A program made the translations under genes and the position numbers. From NCBI GenBank assembly GCA_023261805.1, contig JAGDXV010000021.1, forward strand, positions 1 through 49,437: a stretch of DNA of 49,437 bases, given 5' to 3'. This document shows, piece by piece, positions 16,955 through 26,534 of this stretch; position 1 is the stretch's first letter; the number at the start of each line of letters is the position of its first letter. The DNA is from Candidatus Parvarchaeota archaeon. GTDB taxonomy: Archaea; Nanobdellota; Nanobdellia; Parvarchaeales; Parvarchaeaceae. Under the pieces are notes generated by a model. The model was not told the DNA's origin. It saw only the letters and a program-made list of their open reading frames with translations, and made no database searches.

Positions 16955-18981
16955 ACAAGCATCTTTATGAAGCCCATTCTTGGCTCAAATATCTCACCTT
17001 CTCTTTTAAGGATGCTGATTGCATCATCTACCTGCTCCTTGCTTATTCCACTTTTCTCTGCATCGCTGTAGATCGTTGATATTGGAACGGATGATCCGCT
17101 TGGCAGCGAATTTATCTCATTTGATATTATTGATTTCACAGACAAAACAATGCTTCTTTGTGATGTTGATATTCCCACAGCTATTCTATCTATATCTAAA
17201 TTTCCAGTACTCTTGTCCACACCCACCTCACCAAGATATGCCATTATTAAGTCTATGGCTCGTTTTGCATCCTCTGGCATGACGTAGTTTGATAGTCTGA
17301 CCTTTGCGCTTGCCTCGGCCAATCTTATTATCGCCTCCAGCTGTCTTGCTGAAATCGGTATGGGCCTCAATTTTTCGTCTTCGTTAGAAACCGAGGACCT
17401 TAATTTGAGGTAAAATTCATTTATGGTTTTCATTGCATCGTCTGATAGGATTGGCTTGGATTTTTGTCTGGCGTATGCGATGTATTTTCTAAACAAATCC
17501 ACATCTATCGCTGGCTTATTTTTATCAATGTCTTTGTTTGCTTCAAGTATCTTTTCAGCCACCATCTTATCAACTTCGGGGTTGGGTTTGTCCTGCATTA
17601 TGAATATCAGGTCAAAACGGTTTATCAGCGTCGGAGGAAGATCTATCTGCGCCGCCACGACATCGTAAGGATTAAATCTCCCGAGTTTTGGATTGGCTGC
17701 AGCCAGGACGCTTGTCTGTGATACAAGTGTCGCATGGATGTTCGCTTTAGATACGGCGATTATCTGTTGCTCCAAAGCCGAGTGGAGGGCAGAGCGGTCA
17801 TCTTTGTTCATTTTGTCAAGTTCATCTATGCACAGCAGACCGCCATTTGTAAGTGGCATTGCACCTGCTTCCAAAACAAAGGTTCTGCTGTTCTCATCTT
17901 TTGTGACCGTCGCCGTCAGTCCGGCGGCGCTCGAGCCCATTCCCGTAACGTATCTTGCTTTTGGAGCTATTGTGCTCACATACCTCAGAATCGCGCTTTT
18001 TGCGGTACCCGGATCGCCAACGAGAAGTATATGAATGTCTCCCCTGAAGACACTCGCCTCATCCTGCATGGCTTTTCTAACCCCCCCGAAAAGCTGGAGA
18101 ACTATGGCTTCTTTGATGTTATCATAACCAAATACGTTTGGAGCTATAGAATCCTTGAGCTTTTGGTAGATCAGCTTGTCCTGTGCAAGGGCTTTTATCT
18201 CATCCTCTTCTTTCTTTGATATTGACATCTCCTCAAAACTTTGTTCGACAGATTCTACATACAGCGCCTCTACCTGCAGTTCAGATGTGCTTGATCTTTT
18301 TCCACTAGGCAGGAATATTGGGACTTCTATCACTACACCAGAGACCGTGACCTTGTTTCCAGGGATAATGTTCCTTTCGAACTTCGGATCCACAAGGTCA
18401 TCTTTAAGTATTACGTCGATCTGCTTCGGTTGCTGTCCCCCTTCTAAATCTTCAGGAGCCTCCTCAAGCAGGATTCTTTGTGTATCCACCAATTCCTTGT
18501 CGATTATCTTGAACCTGCCCTTCCTTCCGCAATTACTGCAGACCAAAGGCATCTTTATTGTCCTTTCAGTTTGCTCGACTTTTGTAATATGACCGCAGCT
18601 TTGGCATTCGAAGCTAACACTTTTGGCGACAGGCCTCACGGTTGTGGCCAATTTGATCAATCCCGTTACTTGTATGAGTCTTCCTAGGTGTTTGCTTCTT
18701 ATCTCGTTGATCATCAGAGTCGCATTGTCTGGGAGATCATGAATTCTTATATTCATCTTCACATCCTTGAAGTTCGGATCGACCTCCACTATCACCGCTT
18801 TGAGAAGATCTATTGAATCTATGGGTTTTTTCAAAAACGCATCACCAAGAGCGGGTGAAAATTCGTCTATCTCTTGAAAATCTATCACAAGCGAGGACTT
18901 GTTAGCGGCTATGGTCTCCTTAATGTTGTGTATAAGTTTCGTGGATACAAACCGCTTCATCAATTCCTCTAGTTCCTCCAT
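16951..18981 (-). CDS. mcm: MCM replicative helicase
   Basis: Zn motif CQSCGH...CSNCG, Walker A GDPGTAKS, Walker B CIDELDKM, arginine-finger region NRFDLIF, SARQLEAIIRLAEA. Confidence 0.97.
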   Translation of the reverse strand: MEELEELMKRFVSTKLIHNIKETIAANKSSLVIDFQEIDEFSPALGDAFLKKPIDSIDLLKAVIVEVDPNFKDVKMNIRIHDLPDNATLMINEIRSKHLGRLIQVTGLIKLATTVRPVAKSVSFECQSCGHITKVEQTERTIKMPLVCSNCGRKGRFKIIDKELVDTQRILLEEAPEDLEGGQQPKQIDVILKDDLVDPKFERNIIPGNKVTVSGVVIEVPIFLPSGKRSSTSELQVEALYVESVEQSFEEMSISKKEEDEIKALAQDKLIYQKLKDSIAPNVFGYDNIKEAIVLQLFGGVRKAMQDEASVFRGDIHILLVGDPGTAKSAILRYVSTIAPKARYVTGMGSSAAGLTATVTKDENSRTFVLEAGAMPLTNGGLLCIDELDKMNKDDRSALHSALEQQIIAVSKANIHATLVSQTSVLAAANPKLGRFNPYDVVAAQIDLPPTLINRFDLIFIMQDKPNPEVDKMVAEKILEANKDIDKNKPAIDVDLFRKYIAYARQKSKPILSDDAMKTINEFYLKLRSSVSNEDEKLRPIPISARQLEAIIRLAEASAKVRLSNYVMPEDAKRAIDLIMAYLGEVGVDKSTGNLDIDRIAVGISTSQRSIVLSVKSIISNEINSLPSGSSVPISTIYSDAEKSGISKEQVDDAISILKREGEIFEPRMGFIKMLV

Positions 18982-19014
18982 AGCCTCCTCAACTCAATCC
19001 CTGTCTCTCTGTAT

Positions 19015-19680
19015 TTAAACATTTTTATCCAAAAACTTTTTGTAACTTTTATAGAGGTACTCTCCTGCTGAGTTTAAGTCATTGAAGAAGAGGGTGGAAT
19101 TTTTCAGTCTTTTATTGTACACACCGATGAAATTTATGCCCGCCCTTTTGGAGGCTATAGAATCATATTCACTGTCGCCTATATACACCGTCCTTTTAGG
19201 CAGCATCTTCAGTCTTTTCATCGCAAGTTTAAGTGTATAGGGATTTGGTTTCTCCTGCCACGGTTTCTTTGCGTTTATTATTTTTATTCCAACTTTATTT
19301 AGATCAATTTTTTTCTTTATCACCCTTAGTTCAGCATCATTTATTGAACTTACTATGCACACTTTGACGCCTTTTCTCTGTAGAAATCTTATGATCCGCA
19401 GCGCACCTGGAAATAGGTGTATTCCCTTTGCCCGATTTTTTCTAAAAAGCCTATCTTTTTCTTTTAGGATCTTCCCTCTAGTCTTCTCGTTTATTTTAAT
19501 TCCATACGTTTTCTCGGCGTCGTTGCAGAACATAATGAAAGGAGATCTAACATTTTCTTTGACATATTTATAGGGTATTTTCTTTCCTTCAGGTAGTTTT
19601 TGAAGGGCAAGCCACACATATTTAGCGTGAACCTCTGTGCTATCAAGTATCGTACCATCAAGATCGAATATCACTCCCAT
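19015..19680 (-). CDS. HAD-superfamily hydrolase (phosphatase-like)
   Basis: Motif I FDLDGTILDS and motif IV GDSEYD. Confidence 0.8.
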   Translation of the reverse strand: MGVIFDLDGTILDSTEVHAKYVWLALQKLPEGKKIPYKYVKENVRSPFIMFCNDAEKTYGIKINEKTRGKILKEKDRLFRKNRAKGIHLFPGALRIIRFLQRKGVKVCIVSSINDAELRVIKKKIDLNKVGIKIINAKKPWQEKPNPYTLKLAMKRLKMLPKRTVYIGDSEYDSIASKRAGINFIGVYNKRLKNSTLFFNDLNSAGEYLYKSYKKFLDKNV

Positions 19681-19714
19681 AAATCAAAATATGATGCTTC
19701 TGGATAATTTATCC

Positions 19715-20437
19715 TTAAAATAATCTAAGCCTGAGCATCAGAAACACTGAAAATATGAAGATCATCAACATAGCAAGGGACGCAACATAATTTATCAGGA
19801 ACAGGATGACAGTTATGATCGCTATCAACATAAGGATGTAATACGCTTCTCTGTTGTGGTAAAAGAGCAGGACTCCGTCATTGTAACGATATGGAACAAA
19901 ATCTATCAGCAAGAATATGATCAGGAAGGAGGCGGCCTCGGCGTATGGTATTATGTTGTATGAATCAAAAAGCAGTACAAACGCTGCTGAAATCATCAAC
20001 AAAACTATCGCATAAAGCAAGAAAATGTGACTTCTCTCCTTTGCCGTAACAGGCCCTTCCTTGAGAGCCAGTATCTTTCTGTTAGTTCTACTATATCTTG
20101 CCGATCTTATCAATGGAAAAACTATTGGAAGTCCAAGCAAAGAAATTCCGAAGGTTATTACAAAAGAATAAAGCCACTCAGGCCTGTTGCGAAGATCCAC
20201 GAAGGCATGATACCGTTTCGCTATGAGCTTCTCGCTCAGAGAAATTACAAGGGTCACAACGATTATTGAAAAGAGGGAGTAATAGACATCCTGTCTGTGA
20301 AAGTGGTAAATGCTCATTAAGGACAATATAATCTGATTTGTCGCAAAGACAAGCAATACAAAGAAGAAGATAGATAGTGCCGCCTTCTCATTGTACTTGT
20401 ATTTTATCAGAAAGCGTTTGATTCCTTTCAGTGTCAT
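19715..20437 (-). CDS. polytopic membrane protein, possibly degenerate site-2-protease (M50)-like
   Basis: Six or more hydrophobic helices. DFVPYRYNDG matches the NxxPxxxxDG spacing of M50 proteases, but the expected HExxH position reads SEKLI. Confidence 0.3.
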   Translation of the reverse strand: MTLKGIKRFLIKYKYNEKAALSIFFFVLLVFATNQIILSLMSIYHFHRQDVYYSLFSIIVVTLVISLSEKLIAKRYHAFVDLRNRPEWLYSFVITFGISLLGLPIVFPLIRSARYSRTNRKILALKEGPVTAKERSHIFLLYAIVLLMISAAFVLLFDSYNIIPYAEAASFLIIFLLIDFVPYRYNDGVLLFYHNREAYYILMLIAIITVILFLINYVASLAMLMIFIFSVFLMLRLRLF

Positions 20438-21522
20438 TTTTTCCTCCTAAGATCTATGAAGTATATCGCTAATATTAGAGCGATGACTACGATAGTTAAA
20501 ACGATATACATAAGGACGCTGCTGGATGTTTGTCCCATCGTCTGGATCGGGCTCACAGGTTTATAAAATAGCGTCTGGTTGATGTAGGCTCCACTGGAAG
20601 AAGGGTAAAAGATTTCCACGCGCGATATCGTGCTTGATTTTGGAAGAGGTATCACGATGCTAGTTTCACCAGGAAAGATTGTTCTCGTTACGTTGTACAG
20701 AAATGGGTTCCCGTCGATGTAAAGAAGGAATCTGAAGGTCACGTTTATAGGAACATTGTTACCGTTCGAGAAACTTATTGAATAGTACGTATAGTTTTGT
20801 GTGGAATTCATAGTTCCATTTCCCTTGAACTTCATACTAATCTCCGGATGTATAACTTTAATCGTCAGTGTTTTGTTTATCTCCGTTCCATTGAATTTAG
20901 CTTGAAATGGGAAATCAAGCGTTGCATTGGGAAGGGTTATGGTTATATTCATCGGTAGAAGATAAGTTTGGTTTGGCTCCACTTGAAATACTTGTTTAAA
21001 GTTCTGCATGGATATGTATACTCCATTCAAAACAGGCATCATCCACGTCACGTTGAGAGGAGTATTGCCGGTATCATCTACTTTTATCTCTTCCTGTGCG
21101 GTTTTATTGAAAGCAAAGACACTACTTTCAGTTCCATCGAAACTGAACATGGAGTACGGCTTAATGTACACACTTGTGTTTGAGCATAACGGAGTTTTGA
21201 GTATTGAGGTATCTAAGCACACTTTGTAATTTCCATACATCATATTTGTTACGTTGTAGGCTACGCTGATCTGTTTTGCATAGTTTCCTGGAACTACCCC
21301 TTCATCTATCGTTTTGTTGTTAATGGATAATGAATAGGTCGATGAATTATATGAGAAAACACTGAAATTGATAAGAAGATTCTGGTTTATCCCGACTGAG
21401 GAGTTGATCACATTTAGCGTGGCGCTTTCTGTCACGGAAGCCTTAGTTATAGCGACACTCAGTATCACCGCAACAAGGACAGCTATCGCAATATCTTTCA
21501 TAGTATTATGAGATCCTTTCAA
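20434..21522 (-). CDS. secreted sequon-rich surface protein with C-terminal TM anchor
   Basis: N-terminal signal/TM, many N-x-S/T sequons, C-terminal VLMYIVLTIVVIALILAIYFIDLRRKK; 4-nt overlap with the downstream membrane protein gene. Confidence 0.6.
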   Translation of the reverse strand: MKGSHNTMKDIAIAVLVAVILSVAITKASVTESATLNVINSSVGINQNLLINFSVFSYNSSTYSLSINNKTIDEGVVPGNYAKQISVAYNVTNMMYGNYKVCLDTSILKTPLCSNTSVYIKPYSMFSFDGTESSVFAFNKTAQEEIKVDDTGNTPLNVTWMMPVLNGVYISMQNFKQVFQVEPNQTYLLPMNITITLPNATLDFPFQAKFNGTEINKTLTIKVIHPEISMKFKGNGTMNSTQNYTYYSISFSNGNNVPINVTFRFLLYIDGNPFLYNVTRTIFPGETSIVIPLPKSSTISRVEIFYPSSSGAYINQTLFYKPVSPIQTMGQTSSSVLMYIVLTIVVIALILAIYFIDLRRKK

Positions 21523-21572
21523 TAATTTAAACCATTAGCAAAGAATAAATTCCATCGCTGATTTAGGATAGA

Positions 21573-21929
21573 ATGCAGATCAATCAGTTTTGGCTTTTGT
21601 TAGCCTTTGTCATCGGGGCCATAGCACTTTTCGGCATAGCTCTCGTTATAGAGAAAATCATAAGTCCAGGCGTTAAACCTCAGGGGTTTGGAAGTGAAAG
21701 GATTGAAAGCTCCGAAAGAAGCATCGCCCCATACAGGGTCGTTGGTTTTCAGTACTTTCTTTATGCACTGGTGTTCGTAATCTTTGAGGCGGTTTTCGTC
21801 GTTTCTTTGTTCTTTGTGCAGAATCTTAGGTCCTTCGATTATGTTTCATCGATAATCTTTTCATTTGGTCTCCTATATGCAATACTGTTCATAAGATATC
21901 TTTTGCAGAAGAAGGGGGAAACTATATGA
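21573..21929 (+). CDS. nuoA: NADH:quinone oxidoreductase subunit A
   Basis: 118 aa, 3 TM, conserved FQYFLYALVFVIFEAVFV region; first gene of the nuo block. Confidence 0.8.
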   Translation: MQINQFWLLLAFVIGAIALFGIALVIEKIISPGVKPQGFGSERIESSERSIAPYRVVGFQYFLYALVFVIFEAVFVVSLFFVQNLRSFDYVSSIIFSFGLLYAILFIRYLLQKKGETI

Positions 21930-22462
21930 AAGTGGATGATGCAGTACCAAACGAGTTTTCATATCCGGGCTTGGGTGAGATTTTCATCACAAACACAAGG
22001 AAATTTATCAACAAAGTTTTAAGCTGGGGAAGGGCCAACTCCCTTTGGCCCCTCACTTTCGGTACTTCTTGCTGTGCCATAGAGATGATGGTTTACGGCG
22101 CAACGAAGGTGGACGCTGACAGGCTAGGGAACCTGTTCATAGGAGACTCTCCTAGGCAAGCGGACATGATTTTCGTCAGTGGGACAATAACAAAGAAGAT
22201 GGCTAGACGGCTGTTGACAGTTTATCAGCAGATGCCAGCTCCAAAATACGTTGTGGCAGTCGGGGCCTGCAACATCAGCGGAGGACTTTTCTGGGACAGT
22301 TACAATGTCATAGATGGAATAGACAGAATAATGCCTGTTGACGTTTATATACCAGGCTGTCCCCCAAGACCAGAACAGTTTCTGGATGCGGTTAAAGTGC
22401 TTCAGAAGCTGATAAATGAAAACAAAACGAGAGGAGGGGTTTATGGACCTAGAGAGATTTAG
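21926..22462 (+). CDS. nuoB: NADH:quinone oxidoreductase subunit B
   Basis: N2-cluster cysteines in SCCAIEMM, GACNISGG and GCPPRPE. Confidence 0.95.
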   Translation: MKVDDAVPNEFSYPGLGEIFITNTRKFINKVLSWGRANSLWPLTFGTSCCAIEMMVYGATKVDADRLGNLFIGDSPRQADMIFVSGTITKKMARRLLTVYQQMPAPKYVVAVGACNISGGLFWDSYNVIDGIDRIMPVDVYIPGCPPRPEQFLDAVKVLQKLINENKTRGGVYGPREI

Positions 22463-22886
22463 AGAAAGGTTTGGTGACAAAGTAAAGATAGATAAAAATA
22501 TTCTCACATTAGCCGATAAGAAGGATCTAATAAGGGTTGTAAAGTTTGTCAGCAAGTATTTTGATGTTCTGTACATGCTGATAGTTGTGCACAGGCCACC
22601 GAAGTTTGAACTAAATTACATTTTCTCAAGGTATCAGGATCAGGAGATCATACAAATAAAGGTCGAGATAAGTGATAAGGAAAACATAGCGTCAATATCG
22701 AATGTCTTTAAGTCTGCTGAATGGGAGGAGAGGGAGGCTTATGATATGTTTGGTATAGTTTTTAGAGATCATCCAGACCTCCGTAGGATACTCCTTCCAG
22801 AAGACTGGCCTGGACACCCTATGAGAAAGGATTTTGTTGTGACAGAGGAGATAAAGCACTGGACAGGCTTAGATCTGAAGTTTTGA
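22443..22886 (+). CDS. nuoC: NADH:quinone oxidoreductase subunit C
   Basis: SAEWEEREAYDMFGIVFRDHPDLRRILLPEDW is the 30-kDa subunit signature. Start set at MDLERF (ATG 22443); track start is 22416. Confidence 0.9.
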   Translation: MDLERFRERFGDKVKIDKNILTLADKKDLIRVVKFVSKYFDVLYMLIVVHRPPKFELNYIFSRYQDQEIIQIKVEISDKENIASISNVFKSAEWEEREAYDMFGIVFRDHPDLRRILLPEDWPGHPMRKDFVVTEEIKHWTGLDLKF

Positions 22887-22887
22887 T

Positions 22888-23979
22888 ATGGGGGAGATAG
22901 AATTAAACATAGGACCGGTTCATCCCGCGACTCACGGGGTCCTTAGACTGAAAGCAAGGGTGGAGAAGGACACAGTTTTAGGTGGGGATGTGGAGATAGG
23001 TTATCTTCACAGGGCGATGGAGAAGATAGCCGAGCAACGGCTTTTCAATAGTTTTTTCCCGAATGTCGATAAACTCGAATATGTCAGCGCACTGAATTGG
23101 GAGATACTTTACGCAAGCGTTTTGGAAAAGGCCTTAGGAATAGACATACCGCCGAGGGCGAAGTACATACGTGTAATACTTGCGGAGATTCAGCGTATAA
23201 TGAGTCACCTTATCTTCATCGGTGCTTTCGGTCAAGATCTTGGGAATATTACGGTGTTCACATGGGCTTTGAGGGAAAGAGAGTTGTTGATGGATATCGT
23301 TGAGAAGATAAGTGGGGGGAGGCTGGCTCCTATGTACCTCCGTGTCGGTGGAACGGAGTACGATCTCCCCGAAGGCTTCGATTCTATGATTCTTCCTGTT
23401 TTGGATAGATTAGAGGAGAAGGTGAATAAAGACTATAAAGCAGTCACATATGAGAACAGTCTTTTCAAGATGCGTACAAAGGGGGTAGGGGTCCTTACAA
23501 GAGACACCGTGAAGAAGTATGGGATAACTGGTCCTAATATGAGGGCAAGCGGAATAGAGCGGGATCTCAGAAGGAGTGAACCTTACTTTGTTTATGATTC
23601 GCTTGATTTTGATATACCTGTTGAGGATGCAGGGGATTCATATGCTAGGTTTATGGTGAGGATAAGGGAGATACAGGAGTCAATAAAGATCTTGAGGCAG
23701 GCTGTTAGAGCGCTTCCAAAGGGGAATTACATAAACAAGCAACCTTGGATGTTCAAGATCCCTCCAACAGAAGCCTTTGTTAGGCAGGAGTGCCCAAGGG
23801 GGGAGGGAGCCATGTTCCTTGTTACAGATGGTGGAATGAAGGCATACAGGTTGAAGATAAGGAGTCCCTCGTTTTATACAGTTCAGGCGATGCCAGAGAT
23901 TATAAAAGGTGCAAGAGTTGCAGATTTGTTCACGATAATAGCAAGCCTTGATCCGGTGATGGGTGAGGTGGACAGATGA
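22888..23979 (+). CDS. nuoD: NADH:quinone oxidoreductase subunit D
   Basis: NIGPVHPATHGVLRL and the C-terminal DPVMGEVDR signature of the 49-kDa subunit. Confidence 0.95.
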   Translation: MGEIELNIGPVHPATHGVLRLKARVEKDTVLGGDVEIGYLHRAMEKIAEQRLFNSFFPNVDKLEYVSALNWEILYASVLEKALGIDIPPRAKYIRVILAEIQRIMSHLIFIGAFGQDLGNITVFTWALRERELLMDIVEKISGGRLAPMYLRVGGTEYDLPEGFDSMILPVLDRLEEKVNKDYKAVTYENSLFKMRTKGVGVLTRDTVKKYGITGPNMRASGIERDLRRSEPYFVYDSLDFDIPVEDAGDSYARFMVRIREIQESIKILRQAVRALPKGNYINKQPWMFKIPPTEAFVRQECPRGEGAMFLVTDGGMKAYRLKIRSPSFYTVQAMPEIIKGARVADLFTIIASLDPVMGEVDR

Positions 23980-24974
23980 TCATAAATTTTTTCTATACGA
24001 TCGTAAGGGAATTTTTCTCAGTCAGAGTTTCGATACTTCTTTCGGTCATCATTTTGTTTATCATCGCTTTGATCTTGACAGTTGCGGCGCCTCTGATCCT
24101 TGGATGGGTAGATAGAAAATTTGCCGCGAGGATGCAGTCCAGATATGGACCGATGTACGTTGGAAAATTCGGTTTGTTACAGAATGTCGCTGATTTCATT
24201 AAACTTCTTGGGAAGGACGTTTTATCGAACGCTTATGTCGATGGCCTTGCATTCAACATTGCGCCGCTTCTTTCAAGCGCCTTTGCTGTTGCGATGATAT
24301 CGATAATTCCATTGGGTTCGGCATCGCTTGAGATAATCAACCTACCTTACAATCTCCTTTTCATATACATCTTCATGGCGCTCTCTCCCTTGCTTGTGAT
24401 GCTTGGTGGGTGGGGCGAGAACAACAAATTTGCGCTTCTAGGTGCATTCAGAGGAACAGCGCAGATGATCACATACGAGTTGTCAGTGCTCGTTGTCTTC
24501 ATGAGCATCGCTTTCGTGTCTGGGAGTTTTGATATATCCGCAATAGTCTTATCACAATCAATGGTGTGGAATGCAGTTTACTTTCCGGTTTTATTTTTAG
24601 TTTTTATCATCGGGTCTCTGGCTGTGATAGAAAGGGCACCATTCGATATGCCAGAATCATCACAAGAATTGCAAGCAGGATGGAGAATAGAGTATAGCGG
24701 TCTGAGATACGGTTTACTGATAGTTGGCGATTATGTAAAACTCCTTGTGATATCGATGCTTGCAGTCTATCTATTTCTTGGGGGATGGAACGGACCACTT
24801 CTTCCACCGCTAGCATGGTTTTGGATAAAGACGGCTATCGTGATATTGGTTTTGATGTCCTTTAGATGGTCATTGAACAGGCCGAGGATAGATCAATTGC
24901 TTGACATCGGCTGGAAGTGGTTGCTTCCATTAGGTGTATTGAATCTTGTGGCGGTGATGGTGTTATGGGCATAA
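23976..24974 (+). CDS. nuoH: NADH:quinone oxidoreductase subunit H
   Basis: Polytopic; RKFAARMQSRYGP, ERAPFDMPESSQEL and GWRIEYSG motifs. Confidence 0.95.
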   Translation: MIINFFYTIVREFFSVRVSILLSVIILFIIALILTVAAPLILGWVDRKFAARMQSRYGPMYVGKFGLLQNVADFIKLLGKDVLSNAYVDGLAFNIAPLLSSAFAVAMISIIPLGSASLEIINLPYNLLFIYIFMALSPLLVMLGGWGENNKFALLGAFRGTAQMITYELSVLVVFMSIAFVSGSFDISAIVLSQSMVWNAVYFPVLFLVFIIGSLAVIERAPFDMPESSQELQAGWRIEYSGLRYGLLIVGDYVKLLVISMLAVYLFLGGWNGPLLPPLAWFWIKTAIVILVLMSFRWSLNRPRIDQLLDIGWKWLLPLGVLNLVAVMVLWA

Positions 24975-25450
24975 AAGAGACACTGAAGGGGATAGGCTAT
25001 TCTATTGGTAATTTAAAGAACAAGCCTGCGACATATCTTTATCCAGACAAGCCCCTTCCTGTTCAGGAAAAGAGCAGAGGGATGCTATCATTGGACCTTG
25101 AAGGGTGCATCGGGTGCGAGCTGTGCCAGAAAATTTGCCCTGCGGACGCGATAACTATGATGAAGATCGATCAAAATAAGGCTCACTTTAAGGCAAATGC
25201 AAGGGGTGAGGCACCTGCGGTCGATTTTGCCAAGTGCATTTTCTGCGGTTTATGTGTTGATATTTGCCCTCCGAACGTCTTGCATCATACGCACAAATAT
25301 GATATATCAACCAACAGGAAGGATGATCTCTTCTATGACCCATTCAGATTGAATGAAGTATATAATGAGGAGTATAAACCTCTTAATCTCAAATCAAGGA
25401 ACGAAGAGGAAAAGCCATCTGAACCTTCAACGGAACAGGGGAAGAATTAA
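24965..25450 (+). CDS. nuoI: NADH:quinone oxidoreductase subunit I (2x[4Fe-4S])
   Basis: CIGCELCQKICP and CIFCGLCVDICP. Start set at MGIKETLKG (ATG 24965, overlapping the nuoH stop). Confidence 0.9.
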   Translation: MGIKETLKGIGYSIGNLKNKPATYLYPDKPLPVQEKSRGMLSLDLEGCIGCELCQKICPADAITMMKIDQNKAHFKANARGEAPAVDFAKCIFCGLCVDICPPNVLHHTHKYDISTNRKDDLFYDPFRLNEVYNEEYKPLNLKSRNEEEKPSEPSTEQGKN

Positions 25451-25451
25451 T

Positions 25452-25787
25452 TCACTTGCTCTTTCCAATTATCTCTCTGAGTATTTTCTTATATTCTCTC
25501 TCGCTGATCTCTCCTCTTGCATACCTTCGTTGAAGATCACGAACAGCGCGGTGATTATATGGATACCAAGGCCACCAAAAAAGCCAGGAAAAGAACCATA
25601 TGAGAATCAACACACCAAAAATAGAGCCGACGATTGACCAGCCCCAATTCATCGGCATGCCGTAATAGATTTGATTGCTTCTTGATATCTGCATCCCAAT
25701 AACTATGATGATGACGGCAAAAGCCAAGACAGCGATCAGTCTGATAGTCCTCCACATCTCTATTCTTGTGATTATGTCGTCGCTCAT
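25452..25787 (-). CDS. SHOCT-domain membrane protein
   Basis: Two or three TM helices plus C-terminal RRYARGEISEREYKKILREI (SHOCT-like). Confidence 0.65.
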   Translation of the reverse strand: MSDDIITRIEMWRTIRLIAVLAFAVIIIVIGMQISRSNQIYYGMPMNWGWSIVGSIFGVLILIWFFSWLFWWPWYPYNHRAVRDLQRRYARGEISEREYKKILREIIGKSK

Positions 25788-25868
25788 TTTTTCTCCTTTA
25801 TTTCTTTTCTTCTCAATTCGTCTTTGAGTTTAGCGATCTTCTTTTTAAGGTGTCTATATCTCCCCGCA

Positions 25869-26534
25869 TCAGCTGGCTGGAGCCCCTGTGTTCTCTTTAT
25901 GTTCATTTTTAGGAGTTCCATCTCCAGATCTTCCAGTTTCTCCTCCATCCTTGAATCTCACCTCCCCAGGCATCGGTTTGTTTGTTACGATGGTCACTTT
26001 AATCCCTATCATGCCTCTTTTGAGCAAAAGTTGTTTGGATGCTTTTCTTACCCCATACTGTTCGACTTGGCCGGATTTTGGCAATACACCTCCATTCGGT
26101 CTAAACTTGAAGTGTGCGGCCCTCTCCTTCAGCACCCCTCCGATTTCTATCTCCGCGCCTCTAGCGCCTGCTTTCATCGTGTTATCTAATGCCTTGTGAG
26201 CTATGACTTTGTACTTCATCGGACCAAAGCGGAATATATTGAAGGCTATCGAATCAGCGACTATCTCAGGATCGAGCAATGGATTTTCAACACCCTCAAC
26301 ATCTATTCTTGGTGGTTCTATATTGAATATTTGCCCTATTTTGCTTGAGGCCTCCTTTAAAAGGTTGCTGTACCTTGATATTATAAGATTTGGTTTGTAT
26401 GCGAAAATCACGACCTTTATACCAAGAGGCGTTTTATCTATTTTAACACTGCTGACACCGAGTCTGTTAAATTTCTTTACTAGATACTCGATCGCTATTT
26501 GCTCACGCATCGCATTACTTATTATCTTTTGCAT
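25869..26534 (-). CDS. rps3: 30S ribosomal protein S3 (uS3)
   Basis: KH-domain region with GARGAEIEIGG and GMIGIKVTI. Start chosen at MQKIISNAMREQIAIEYL (26534); the track extension to 26597 overlaps rpl22. Confidence 0.85.
   Translation of the reverse strand: MQKIISNAMREQIAIEYLVKKFNRLGVSSVKIDKTPLGIKVVIFAYKPNLIISRYSNLLKEASSKIGQIFNIEPPRIDVEGVENPLLDPEIVADSIAFNIFRFGPMKYKVIAHKALDNTMKAGARGAEIEIGGVLKERAAHFKFRPNGGVLPKSGQVEQYGVRKASKQLLLKRGMIGIKVTIVTNKPMPGEVRFKDGGETGRSGDGTPKNEHKENTGAPAS

Noticed and set aside
17019-18687. Seven plus-strand ORFs (69-161 aa) inside the mcm region.
   Set aside because: All are antisense to a strongly supported MCM gene. They have low-complexity or odd composition and no motifs.
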